Of a DNA stretch of 64,000 bases, positions 11,638 to 21,254 are shown piece by piece. Numbering within the stretch: position 1 is the stretch's first letter; each line of letters starts with the position of its first letter. Source of the DNA: Thecamonas trahens ATCC 50062 (Eukaryota > Protista > Apusomonadida). Under the pieces are notes generated by a model. That model searched no databases. It was not told the origin of the DNA and was given only the letters and a program-made list of their open reading frames with translations. The DNA lies in assembly GCF_000142905.1 (NCBI RefSeq), contig NW_013657657.1, forward strand, positions 186,001 through 250,000. The letters run 5' to 3'. The translations under genes were made by a program, and so were the position numbers.

Positions 11638-11758
11638 TCGAGCTCAGCTCACAATGCTTTGTACCCAAACACGCCACACACACACACACACACACAACTA
11701 TCACACATTTATTACTCTGCGCTCCCGCAGCTAGACACATCATGCACTGACGGCCGCT

Positions 11759-12811
11759 CTACGACTCGGGAACCACCACATGCGGGACCGGGCTCGCCAG
11801 GATGGCGGCGATAGCATCGTCGAGCGCGCACGGATGTGCGGCCTCTGGCAGCGCCGCCCATGTCGCGTCCGAGTCGAGCGCAAGATCGCGCGGCCGCGGC
11901 GTCTTGACCACTGTGGCAACCTCGACGCCGCAGAACGCGGCGCTGGCGTCAATGCCAACAGCCCGCGCGAGCGCCTCGCCCATCGCCCACCGCGAGACCT
12001 TGTCCGGCCCGCCAAAGTGGTGCAAACCAGTCAAGCCAATAGCAACGGCAGCAAGTAGTCCACGCACAGCGCCTAGCCCGGAAAGCGGTGTGCGGAACTC
12101 ATCGGTGAAGAGTGTCATCGGCTCGACGGCTTGGCCAGCGACGGCGGCGGCGGCCTCGCGCGCCTTGGCAATCATTCCGCCAAAGAACGCGCCGTCACCG
12201 TAAAGGAGGGGGAGGCGGACAACCAAGAGCCGCACGCCATCACCAGCTGCGCCATCGCGCAGCAGAGCCTGCTCGCCAGCCGCCTTGGTCGCCCCATAGT
12301 GGGTAAGTGGCGCTGGCGGCGAGTCGACCGAATACGGCGCGGCGTCGCCGCCAAACACCATGTCGGTCGAGGTGTAGACAAAGAGTGCACCATCTGAGGC
12401 AAGCACATCGCCGAGCTCGCGTGCCAGTCGACCAGGCGCGCTGGCGTTGAGCTCGGACATGGCCTGAGCCTCCTCCGGATGAGTCTCGGGTGCAACGGCA
12501 CCCGACGCCAGCGCGGCCAGAAAGAACACCGCCTTGAGCGGACGGCCCGAGCTGGTGCGGGCATTAGCCACCGCCTCGACTACCGCCGCCTGCCCAGCGC
12601 TCGTCGTCACGTCTGCACGCACTACCGGGACCGAGAACGAGCCGTCTGCAGCGTCAATGGTCGTCCCCTTGGGCCGTGCCGCCGAGCCGACCGCCACCAC
12701 CTCCTCGCCTCTCGCCACCAGCTCGCCCACCAGCCGGGTTCCGAGGAAGCCTGTGGCGCCAACCACCACCACCACGCCAAGCCCATCTGCCAAGCCCGCA
12801 TCGGAGGCCAT
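11759..12811 (-). CDS. RmlD / MAT2B-like extended SDR (dTDP-4-dehydrorhamnose reductase family)
   Basis: GATGFLG Rossmann motif, STDMVFGG, YGATK (YxxxK), FTDEFRTP, RPRDLALD. Confidence 0.85.
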   Translation of the reverse strand: MASDAGLADGLGVVVVVGATGFLGTRLVGELVARGEEVVAVGSAARPKGTTIDAADGSFSVPVVRADVTTSAGQAAVVEAVANARTSSGRPLKAVFFLAALASGAVAPETHPEEAQAMSELNASAPGRLARELGDVLASDGALFVYTSTDMVFGGDAAPYSVDSPPAPLTHYGATKAAGEQALLRDGAAGDGVRLLVVRLPLLYGDGAFFGGMIAKAREAAAAVAGQAVEPMTLFTDEFRTPLSGLGAVRGLLAAVAIGLTGLHHFGGPDKVSRWAMGEALARAVGIDASAAFCGVEVATVVKTPRPRDLALDSDATWAALPEAAHPCALDDAIAAILASPVPHVVVPES

Positions 12812-12937
12812 GCTGTCTGCTTTGTTGCTGAGAGAGTCAAATGGTCTCGTCTCAGGCGAGTGCTGACCAGCGAGTGCCGCTGTGCCGCTGTTCACTCGCT
12901 CTCCACGCCACCGGTCAAGTTTGGCTTCAGCACTGCG

Positions 12938-14764
12938 CTACATGCGCGCGCGCCAAGCAGGCATCGACCGACGCGAGACGACAGGAGCCGCGTCAAAGAC
13001 AGTCTGTTCATCCTTGCCGGCTTCGATGGCTGCGGCGCGGGCGGCAGTCGCCGCAGTTGGCTTAAGCAGCCTGTTGGGGTCGCGTGGTCCGCGGGTAACA
13101 CTCGCCTGCGGCAGCGGATCGTAGACATGAACCAGAGCCTTTTTGACTCTGCGAGCCTTCTTGGCCCGTGCGGCGTCGGCGCGAGCGCGGGCAAGCTCCA
13201 GATTCCGGGCGTGCATACGGGCGAGCTCGGCTTGCGTGAGCGGCACGGCATCGGCGGCGGCAGCCGAGTCGGCCTTGGCTGCCGCTCGTGCCTGCTGGGC
13301 GGCGCGGGCCTCAGCCCACGCCGCAACTTGCGCTCGCTTTTGCTTCTGCATTGCGCGCTTGGCTGCAGCTGCCGCCGCCCGCGCCCGCCGGGCAGCCCTG
13401 CTCAGCAGCTCGTCGTGGACCGCCGACTTGGCCTTGCGCACCTTGTACTCGAAGATCCGCGCCTTGGTCGCCGACCGCGACTCGGTCCGGAGCGCAGCGG
13501 CGGTTGCTGGCCGCGCTCGTGGCGGTGTGGCCGGCTCGCTGGTGGTGGCTCGCTCGCCGCTCTCTGCCCGGGCCGCCCGCCACTGCGAGATGGCCCGCCG
13601 CTTGGCACCCAGCAAGGTAGTGTACTGGGTGTACCATGCATCGTGGCTGGCCACGTCAGCGCGACTGTGCATCGGCAGCGCGCTGGCAACCCGGTCGAGC
13701 ATAGTGTCGAGTGCTGCTGCGTACCGTACCGACGATGGAGGAGGCAGTGCAGCCTTGCGCCGCAGCTTGACATACAGTGCGTGGTCAGGTTCGTCCCAAC
13801 CGCCGCTCGCCCCGCCGTGGGCGGCGACAAACTCGTCAAACGCCACGACTGCAGGCGGCAAGCGCCGATCGCCGGCTGGCGAGCATGCCGGGACTGCCTC
13901 TCGCGAGCTTCGCGGCGGCGAGGCCATGGCCACCGCCGTAGCCACCGCCCGCTCGTTGGCCGTCTCGTTCCAAGCGTCAAAGTGGCGGGCGTAGACGGCG
14001 AGCTCGCGCTCCAACCGTCGCTCATGGACGAGGAGCTCCTCAAATGTATCCCGCCCCGCAGCCTTGACGCCACCAATGTGGCTCTCTGCACGGTCCATCA
14101 GTCGCTGCAGCTTGGCCACAAAGTCATCCGACGCAGCTGCCCGCGCCGCATCGGCCGAGAGAAACGTCTCCAGCCGGTTCACCGCCGCCGCCGCCTGGCT
14201 CAGCCCGCTGGCCAGCGACTCGGCCTCGGCCACCCGCTCCGAGTCAGCCAGTGCCGATGCGTCGCGGGCTTCACTCAGATCCTCCATTGCCGCCATTGCG
14301 CGGCGGACAGAGGTCTCGGCCGACCGGACGGCTTTGGCCAGCGATCGCGCCCGCACGCCCCACTGCGCTGCGCGGTTCTTCTCCTCGGGCTTTCGCACCG
14401 GCCCGCTGCTTGTCTTGGTCCTCCGCGCCCGCGCCCTAGCCTTTTGCGACGCCCGCGCCCGCCCGCCAGTCTGCGGCCGCTCGCGCCTGCTCTGCGCTCG
14501 CCTCCCAGCGTCCGACACCGGCTCGACCGGCCGCAGCTCGTCGTCCGTCACCAGCCTGGCGCTCCCATGCGATCGGCCTGGCTTGGCCGCACCCTGCTGT
14601 CTCCTTGCACCCGAGGCTGAGACAGACCGCCGCCCTCGCCGTGGAGCCCGCCGCCGCTGCTGCTGCTTCGGCCCTTCGGTGACCTTGGCGCCGACCGCGC
14701 CAACCGCGCCCTCCACCCGCCGCTCCGGACTGGCAGTCACGCCCACCACCACAAGCTCCTCCAT
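12938..14764 (-). CDS. CCDC112-like coiled-coil protein
   Basis: GGASGGWDEPDHALYVKLR, HDAWY, DPNRLLKPT and C-terminal MPAWR motifs. Confidence 0.65.
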   Translation of the reverse strand: MEELVVVGVTASPERRVEGAVGAVGAKVTEGPKQQQRRRAPRRGRRSVSASGARRQQGAAKPGRSHGSARLVTDDELRPVEPVSDAGRRAQSRRERPQTGGRARASQKARARARRTKTSSGPVRKPEEKNRAAQWGVRARSLAKAVRSAETSVRRAMAAMEDLSEARDASALADSERVAEAESLASGLSQAAAAVNRLETFLSADAARAAASDDFVAKLQRLMDRAESHIGGVKAAGRDTFEELLVHERRLERELAVYARHFDAWNETANERAVATAVAMASPPRSSREAVPACSPAGDRRLPPAVVAFDEFVAAHGGASGGWDEPDHALYVKLRRKAALPPPSSVRYAAALDTMLDRVASALPMHSRADVASHDAWYTQYTTLLGAKRRAISQWRAARAESGERATTSEPATPPRARPATAAALRTESRSATKARIFEYKVRKAKSAVHDELLSRAARRARAAAAAAKRAMQKQKRAQVAAWAEARAAQQARAAAKADSAAAADAVPLTQAELARMHARNLELARARADAARAKKARRVKKALVHVYDPLPQASVTRGPRDPNRLLKPTAATAARAAAIEAGKDEQTVFDAAPVVSRRSMPAWRARM

Positions 14765-15173
14765 CCCTCCAGCCGTTTTCGCGGTCGAGTCAGGTGGCCC
14801 CACCTGCTGTCATCCTCTCGCCACTACGCCATGCTGACTGTCCTCGCACTCGTTGTTGACTTGGCACCCGCCTGTCGCCGGCCAGCCGCCACTGCCTGCC
14901 GGCCACCGACCGACTGACCGACCGGCTGACCGAGCCAGCCACCGGCCCACCGGCCACCACCCGCCAGCCACCACCAGCCAGCGGCCTTTCTCGCGCCGAC
15001 GACGACCGACAGCACCACCTGACGCAGGCACAGCGGGGGATAGTCCGGCAGGAAGGAATTTTGAAAAGGCAACCAAGGGGTAGTTGGAGAGGTATACTTT
15101 GTCTGTGACAGAGTTTGTGGTGGACTACTCGCCTACCCGTGGCGTGCGTGTACCCGGTCTCCCCTCACCGGTC

Positions 15174-16913
15174 ATGGCCTCGCCATCCACCGAGCCTACC
15201 AAGACGAACCAAGGTGAGGTCCCTGCCGACCCGCAGCAGCTGCTGTCAGACGAGGCCTCGCCGCCGTGGTATGTAGTGTCTGCGCTGGGCGCGCCTGAAC
15301 ATGCCGCCGAGTATGACGCATCTTTCCTTATTCCCCTCCACCACCCGGATGCCGAGCAGCGGGCGCTCGGCCTCGGTGACGTGCTGGGCGAGCTGGAGGC
15401 TTCCATCCCCGTGCGGGACGAGGAAGACGTGGCCGAGAACGAGGTAACTTCATGCCTCGCGAGCGGGTATGTGGCGCGGGTGGCCGAGATGAGCCGACGC
15501 GCGCCCTTTGAAGACGTGCGCGTCGGCGTGGCTGCCTGGCTGGCCTCGCTCCCGCGGCCGCTCAACTCTGTGGATGCCCAGCTGTGCATCGGGCCGGCGT
15601 CTATGTTCCTGGCAGGTATCGAGGCCTTTGCACCTGCGCGGTTCGAGACGGGCTCGGAGATTGCGGCCATGTACGGACGCGAGTTCTCGTGCGCCGGGCG
15701 GGTGGCGCACTTGTACCAGGTCCTTGCGTGGTTCCCCGACTACGCGGCACGGCACTCTGCGCTCATGCACGCTGTCACCCGCGAGTCAGGCCCGCTGCCG
15801 CAAGACTGGCGGCACTTTATTGCGCTCATGGCTGTTGCGCTCCACGACTGTTACCCAGTGCTGGAGGTGCAGGCCGAAGAGTTTGTGGCGTGCGGCGGCG
15901 ATCCCGAGTGGCTTGCCCGCGGTCTGGAGGCTGTGCCGACCAAGCTGGCCAAGCTGGCCAAGCTTGTGGGCATCATGGTGCGCAAGCCGTGGCGGCTGCG
16001 GCGGTTGCATGTGGCAGAGCTTGTCGAGGGTGACGAAGTCTGGTCCATTGCCGAGCTTGTCCATGCCATCACCCTCATTGCCTCGTTCCACGGCGTGGCG
16101 TCGCTCGTCGCCGGCACTGGTGTGACGTGCGAGCCGGACCTGTGCGTGGGTGGACACGCACAGGCGCCGTGTACCGCCGCCGCCGCCGGCCCGCTGGCCG
16201 CCCCGGCCGCCGACGCCCTCGGCGTCGTCCGCCAGAACATTGTGTCGGACATGCAGAGTCTGGCCTCTGCCGACGAGCTGCCTGGCGAGCAAGAGGACGC
16301 GTTCGCCAAGCTCGACAAGAACACTGGGCGCCTCGCCGACCACACGCCGTTGGTCTCGGAAGCCGCCGCCGTGTTTGTTGATCCGGCTGTGAGCCAGTCC
16401 AAGTACGAAGATTTTGACGAGCGGGAGAAGGCCTCTCGCGGCGACTCGCACATGCTCAAGATGCACGCCTACTCGTGGGCGGCCCAGGGCTACTCGCTCG
16501 TCTCGCAGTACTACGCGGAGGCGGCCGACATGCTCGACGCCACCTTTAACCTCGCCTTTGAAATGACCGACGAGTCGGTCAACGACGCCCAGGCTGTTGA
16601 CACAGCGCCATTCCGCCAGGCCATCTGGTACTACACCCACCGCCTCTACGGCCTCTACAATGATGACCACGACTACCGCGCCTCGTCTGCGCTCCTCAAA
16701 AAGGGCACCAAGACGTACATCAAGAAGGTCGCGCGCTTCCCAGAAATCGTCACCATCGCCGACCTCCACCGCATTGAGATCGAGCTCCGCGAGGACGAAA
16801 AGGTCCACATCGCCGTTCTTGTCGCTGAGGCACGCAAGCAGGCCGAGCTTCTCCGCGGCCTCAACGCCGTCATGTCGTACATGATGCCCGATGACGAGTC
16901 GGATGACGACTAG
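15174..16913 (+). CDS. SESN: Sestrin (PA26 family)
   Basis: GPLPQDWRHFIALMA...C, WSIAELVHAI...FH, YSW..QGYSLV, VDTAPFRQAIWYY, DDHDY and EKVH...EARKQAELL align collinearly with sestrins. Confidence 0.9.
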   Translation: MASPSTEPTKTNQGEVPADPQQLLSDEASPPWYVVSALGAPEHAAEYDASFLIPLHHPDAEQRALGLGDVLGELEASIPVRDEEDVAENEVTSCLASGYVARVAEMSRRAPFEDVRVGVAAWLASLPRPLNSVDAQLCIGPASMFLAGIEAFAPARFETGSEIAAMYGREFSCAGRVAHLYQVLAWFPDYAARHSALMHAVTRESGPLPQDWRHFIALMAVALHDCYPVLEVQAEEFVACGGDPEWLARGLEAVPTKLAKLAKLVGIMVRKPWRLRRLHVAELVEGDEVWSIAELVHAITLIASFHGVASLVAGTGVTCEPDLCVGGHAQAPCTAAAAGPLAAPAADALGVVRQNIVSDMQSLASADELPGEQEDAFAKLDKNTGRLADHTPLVSEAAAVFVDPAVSQSKYEDFDEREKASRGDSHMLKMHAYSWAAQGYSLVSQYYAEAADMLDATFNLAFEMTDESVNDAQAVDTAPFRQAIWYYTHRLYGLYNDDHDYRASSALLKKGTKTYIKKVARFPEIVTIADLHRIEIELREDEKVHIAVLVAEARKQAELLRGLNAVMSYMMPDDESDDD

Positions 16914-17339
16914 AACTGGGTGCTGAAGGTTATGGCGAGAGGAAGAAAAGATAAACGCGTTCCAGCCCAGCGCATGGTCGTTCTCCACCACTTGTCGAGC
17001 TAGCGCGGCGTGTTGTCCAGCCCGCCGCGCAGCCGTCGCGCGCCCGTCGGCTCACGCCTCCCGCCGGCCGGCGGTTTTCCTCATTGGCAAGGCACTTGTA
17101 GAACCAGTCCCATGTGCGCAACGCAACTACACAGCATTGCGCTATCTGCCACACCATCGGAGCCATCCAAGGCTGCATGAGACTAGGATTCGGCCTCCCA
17201 CCGCGTCCGTCACATCGTGGTTGGTCCGAGATCAGCTGATCACATTGCCGTGTCATAGTAAGCATCGCCCGCCTTACTCGGACACAGCACGGATCAGCTG
17301 CATCCACCGTCGCCACCAACATCGCGGTTCTGCGCGTAG

Positions 17340-17340
<1 letters not shown>

Positions 17341-17383
<43 letters not shown>

Positions 17384-17396
17384 CTCTCTCTCTCTC
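17341..17396. repeat. (TTTC)n(CT)n microsatellite
   Basis: Direct reading. Confidence 0.9.
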
Positions 17397-17701
17397 CCCC
17401 TTTCACCCCCCCCCACACCCGCCTATCCACCATCTGCTACCCAGAAAAGACTTGGTAACCGCTTCTCAAGTCCTGATCATGCTCTGCAACTGGCTGCCAT
17501 CGACCTCTACGGCAGCTGCGATGACCCTTCTTTATCTCGTAAGCCTTGCCAGCTTTATCAGATCCTGTCATTCCGCCTGTGTGTGGTAGACTGGCAAGTT
17601 GGTAGCGAGCGGACGGGGGGGGGGGGGAGGGGAGGGGTGAGCGGGTGTCGGTCGCGGCCAACGACCAGCGGAAGACGCACCACTCGACGCAGACCGGCAG
17701 C

Positions 17702-18937
17702 ATGGACGGACTCTCGCTCTCTCTGGACGCGCTCATCAAGGCCGAGAACCAGGAGAAGAAGGCGAAGCAGCGTGCTGCGGCTGCCGAGAAGAAGCGCAAG
17801 CTTGCTGCGGAGAAGGCCAAGAAGAAGGCTGCTGCTGACCGGGCCCGCAAGGCCAAGGAGGCTGCCGACCGCAAGGCGGCGGCTGGCCGCAAGGCTGCTG
17901 CCGCCCAGGCCCAGCAGAAGCGCCGCTCGGGCAAGGCCCGCAACCAAACCGGACGCAACCAGCGCCGTGGGGACGCCGGACCATACAAGGTACGTCCTCT
18001 CTCCCTCCCCTTGCCCCCCCCTCCCCCTCGCGCGCCGCCCCATGCTCTCCTCGCCGCTCGCTGCCTCGGTCGTGTCGCCGTCGATCGGGCGGTCGGTCAC
18101 TCTGTTTATTTTTTTCAAGGGCGAGTCCAATGTGCTGCGCCTGTGGTGTGATGGCCAGCGGCGGAGGATACGGGCAAGGAGCAGGTGTTGGCGCGGGTGA
18201 TGGCACACCCAGCTGATGGCGACTCATGCATGTGTCTGGCGGCGGTGGTTTAGGTTGTCTTTACTCGCGACAACGACGATCCGTTCGGCATCGGTGCCGG
18301 CGGCGCTCGCAAGGGCAAGCAGCGCGGCGGTCGTGGCAACAACAACAGCAACAACAACAACAACAACAACAACAGAGGAGGCAACAACCGCCGCGGTGGT
18401 CGTGATGGCCGCAATGATCGTAACGATGGTGGCCGTGATACCCGCGAGCGTGGCCGTGGCGGGCGCGGCGGCGATCGCGGCGGCGACCGCGGCGACCGCG
18501 GCGACCGTGGTGGCGACCGTGGTGGCGACCGTGGCGGCGACCGTGGCGGCGACCGTGGCGGACGTGGCGGCGACCGCGGTGGGCGCGACGTTGGCCGCGG
18601 TGGGCGCGACGCTGACCGCGGCCGCCCGGCGCCGTCCGGCCCGCCGGCTCCGGCCGTGGAGCCGTCGGCCAAGCTGGTCGTCTCGAACCTGGCCCCGACC
18701 GTCACCCAGACCGATGTCAACGACCTCTTTGCCGACCTTGGCGAGCTTGTCAAAGCTGTTCTGGCCTTTGATGCCGAGGGTAACTCGACTGGTGTTGCCC
18801 ATGTCACGTACTCGTCTCCGGACGAGGCCGCCCTCGCCGTCGCAAAGTACAACGGCGTCGCCCTCGACGGCCAGACCATGCTCATCGAGTACGTGGGCAC
18901 CGTCAAGAAGCTTTCTGTTCACGACCGTCTTGTCTAA
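17702..18937 (+). CDS. ALYREF/THOC4-like RNA export adaptor (RGG repeats plus RRM); intron 17990-18253
   Basis: N-terminal LSLSLDALIK (UAP56-binding-like), (GDRG/GGRG)n region, RRM KLVVSNLAPTVTQTDVNDLF...AVAKYNGVALDGQTMLIE. The GTACGT...TAG intron keeps frame. Confidence 0.8.
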
Positions 18938-19118
18938 ATCCAGTCATTGCTATTGCTGCTGTCATTCCTTGGCTCCTCCTACGTGCCATCATCCCTTACC
19001 ATCGCTGAGGCGCAGACCGAGCTGTGCGTGGAGCCTACCAGCAACGTCTTCCCCCAATGCAGTCTAGCATACTAATATGGTTTTCAATTCCGTATATTTC
19101 AACGTTCTGAGAACGAAA

Positions 19119-19191
19119 AGCGGCGTGGCGCAGCGGTTAGCGTGTTGGGCCCATAACCCAAAGGTCGCCCGATCGAGACGGGCCGCCGCTA
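19119..19191 (+). tRNA. Initiator tRNA-Met (CAU), copy 1
   Basis: Full cloverleaf, A1-U72, three G-C pairs in the anticodon stem, ATCG T-loop (A54), oligo-T terminator. Confidence 0.95.
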
Positions 19192-19211
19192 CTTCTTTTT
19201 TTGTTCCTGGC

Positions 19212-19219
19212 GCCACCCT
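19212..19219 (+). promoter_or_regulatory. GCCACCCT element 9 nt downstream of the tRNA oligo-T terminator (also at 19651-19658 +, 19949-19956 -, 54064-54071 -, 55295-55302 +)
   Basis: Same octamer at the same spacing after all five tRNA genes. Function is inferred. Confidence 0.6.
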
Positions 19220-19558
19220 CGCCTGTGCATTGTCTCTGTGCACAGCGTATCAGTTGATGTAGTGCTGCTGTGGGTGATGTGGGTGCTCGTTAGGAGCGGC
19301 CGAGTAGTCGCAGCGGCGGCGTGGCAGCTCGTCCAACATCAAAATCTCCCCCACACAAGGCATTTTTTTCTCCTCCCTTTCCCCTACCGGTCCTGATCCG
19401 TCTCTGACATAGCACCCGCTAGGCAGAGGATAGCATTGGAGCAAGGACGCCACCGATCGCCTCTAGAAGTGAGATGAGGGGTGTGACGAGGTGAGGTTGG
19501 TGCGGGCCAACTAAATTGCGTGCGGCCACTGTCAGTCAACATCGTTCTGAGAACGTGC

Positions 19559-19631
19559 AGCGGCGTGGCGCAGCGGTTAGCGTGTTGGGCCCATAACCCA
19601 AAGGTCGCCCGATCGAGACGGGCCGCCGCTA
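19559..19631 (+). tRNA. Initiator tRNA-Met (CAU), copy 2
   Basis: Identical to copy 1, offset by 440 bp. Confidence 0.95.
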
Positions 19632-19983
19632 CTTCTTTTTTGTTCCTGGCGCCACCCTCGCCTGTGCATTGTCTCTGTGCACAGCGTATCAGTTGATGTA
19701 GTGCTGCTGTGGGTGATGTGGGTGCTCGTTAGGAGCGGCCGAGTAGTCGCAGCGGCGGCGTGGCAGCTCGTCCAACATCGAAATCTCCCCCTCCCTCTGG
19801 TCATTTTTTCGTTCCTCCCTCCCCCCCCCCCCTACCCATCCTCATACCAATCCGACGCAACGCACAAGCGGTGCGTAGCACTCGCCAAAGTGCAATCCTA
19901 GAGAGGAGGCGATCGCTTCCGTGGAAGAGAGGTGGAGAGGGGATGACAAGGGTGGCTTTGGGCGCAAAAAAAAATTAAAGAAG

Positions 19984-20057
19984 CGAACCTGGCCGGGATC
20001 GAACCGACGATCTTCTGGATCAAAACCAAACGCGCTAAACCTCTACGCCACAGGTTC
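19984..20057 (-). tRNA. tRNA with anticodon UUG (nominally Gln), atypical body
   Basis: GAACCTG/CAGGTTC acceptor stem, GCGT/GCGC D-stem, TTTGG-TTTTGAT-CCAGA anticodon arm, GTCGG-TTCGATC-CCGGC T-arm, G73, T9 terminator. Confidence 0.85.
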
Positions 20058-20119
20058 GTTAACATTTACCGAACGAGGGCGAGAATATCAGTATTTTATC
20101 CGTACACCGGATTGGGCGA

Positions 20120-21043
20120 CTACTCGGCAATCGCCGCCACCACCTCTGGCGGGACCACAGCCTCCAGCGCGGCAACAATGGTGGCATGACCGTACTTGAG
20201 TGCCCACTTGAGGGCGTAGTCGTCTTCAGCTCGTGGATCGCAGCGTCCGTCGTCGAGAAGGAGCCGGACAGCGGTTGCGCAGCCGACGTGCGCCGCCTTG
20301 CGCAGGGCCTCCGAGTTGTTGGCGGTCGGATCGACCCGCGGATCAGCAAGAAGCAGGCGAAGCGTGGCGATCTGACCGCACATGCCGGCCCAGCGGACGG
20401 CGCAGTTGTTGTCTGCCGCCGGGTCGACAGCGGGATGGGCGAGGAGAAAGCGGACCACATCGACACGCCCATAGCGGGCTGCCCAGCGGACGGCATAGTT
20501 GTTATACGCACCGGCATCGACGCCCTCTTGAGCTGCCAGAAACTCAACAATGTCCAGATGGCCACACTGTGCCGCCAGCCGGAACGCCAAACAATCGTCG
20601 TCGGTGGGCGAGTAGCCGCTGTGCTTGATGAGCGCGGCAACCGCGAGCGTATGTCCGCGCTTGCACGCCCGCGCCAGCAGCTCATCCTTACTCAGCACCT
20701 CGCTGTCTGCAAAGGCTTTGATGGCTGTTGCCGCCGCCTCGGACCACTCCAGCGAGTCAGCCACCACGTCGCGCTGTGGGACGAGCAGAGCCCACAACGC
20801 CGCAAGCCCGTCGCGAGCCGAACACCACCGCAACGCCAGCTGTGTCGCCCGCCATCGCCGCCTACACGCGCACCACGATGCCCCACATAAAGAGTACGCC
20901 CGGTCGCGCGAGTACCGATCACCGAGCAGCACCGTCGTCAGGCTCTTGTTCACGCACGCCAGGTTGACCACGTCGCGCGGGCTGAGGATGAGCACGTCGT
21001 ATGCAATGCGGTGGACGAGCTCAGCAGGGAGTTTGTCGAGCAT
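20120..21043 (-). CDS. F-box-like plus ankyrin repeat protein
   Basis: MLDKLPAELVHRIAY...LACVNK N-terminus and repeated N.A(V/L)RWA...G...VV..LL..P.VDP ankyrins. Confidence 0.85.
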   Translation of the reverse strand: MLDKLPAELVHRIAYDVLILSPRDVVNLACVNKSLTTVLLGDRYSRDRAYSLCGASWCACRRRWRATQLALRWCSARDGLAALWALLVPQRDVVADSLEWSEAAATAIKAFADSEVLSKDELLARACKRGHTLAVAALIKHSGYSPTDDDCLAFRLAAQCGHLDIVEFLAAQEGVDAGAYNNYAVRWAARYGRVDVVRFLLAHPAVDPAADNNCAVRWAGMCGQIATLRLLLADPRVDPTANNSEALRKAAHVGCATAVRLLLDDGRCDPRAEDDYALKWALKYGHATIVAALEAVVPPEVVAAIAE

Positions 21044-21254
21044 GGTGAGGAAGAGAGCGAGCGAGCGAGCGAGCGAGGTGTGTGTGTATGTGTGTGTGCG
21101 GCGGGGGGGGGGGGGGGGGGTAGGGGGGGTAAGGGGGTTCGAGCTCTGTGCCTGTTTTCTGGTTGTTCGCCGGCCCGGCCCGCACGCCATCCCTCGATCG
21201 TTCTTCGCCACCCGCACCTGCTGATGATCAACTGTGTCTTTGCAGCTTTAGAGT

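Larger units (their letters stand above)
19103..19790 (+). repeat. Tandem duplication (period about 440 bp) of tRNAi-Met plus about 150 bp of downstream flank
   Basis: 19103-19351 is nearly identical to 19543-19790; the rest of the unit is diverged. Confidence 0.9.

Noticed and set aside
17430-17580. Two small hairpins (GACTTG/CAAGTC, GCTGCC/GGCAGC) and a 44-codon minus-strand ORF in the intergenic region
   Set aside because: Six-bp stems are expected by chance, and there are no snoRNA boxes or coding signature.
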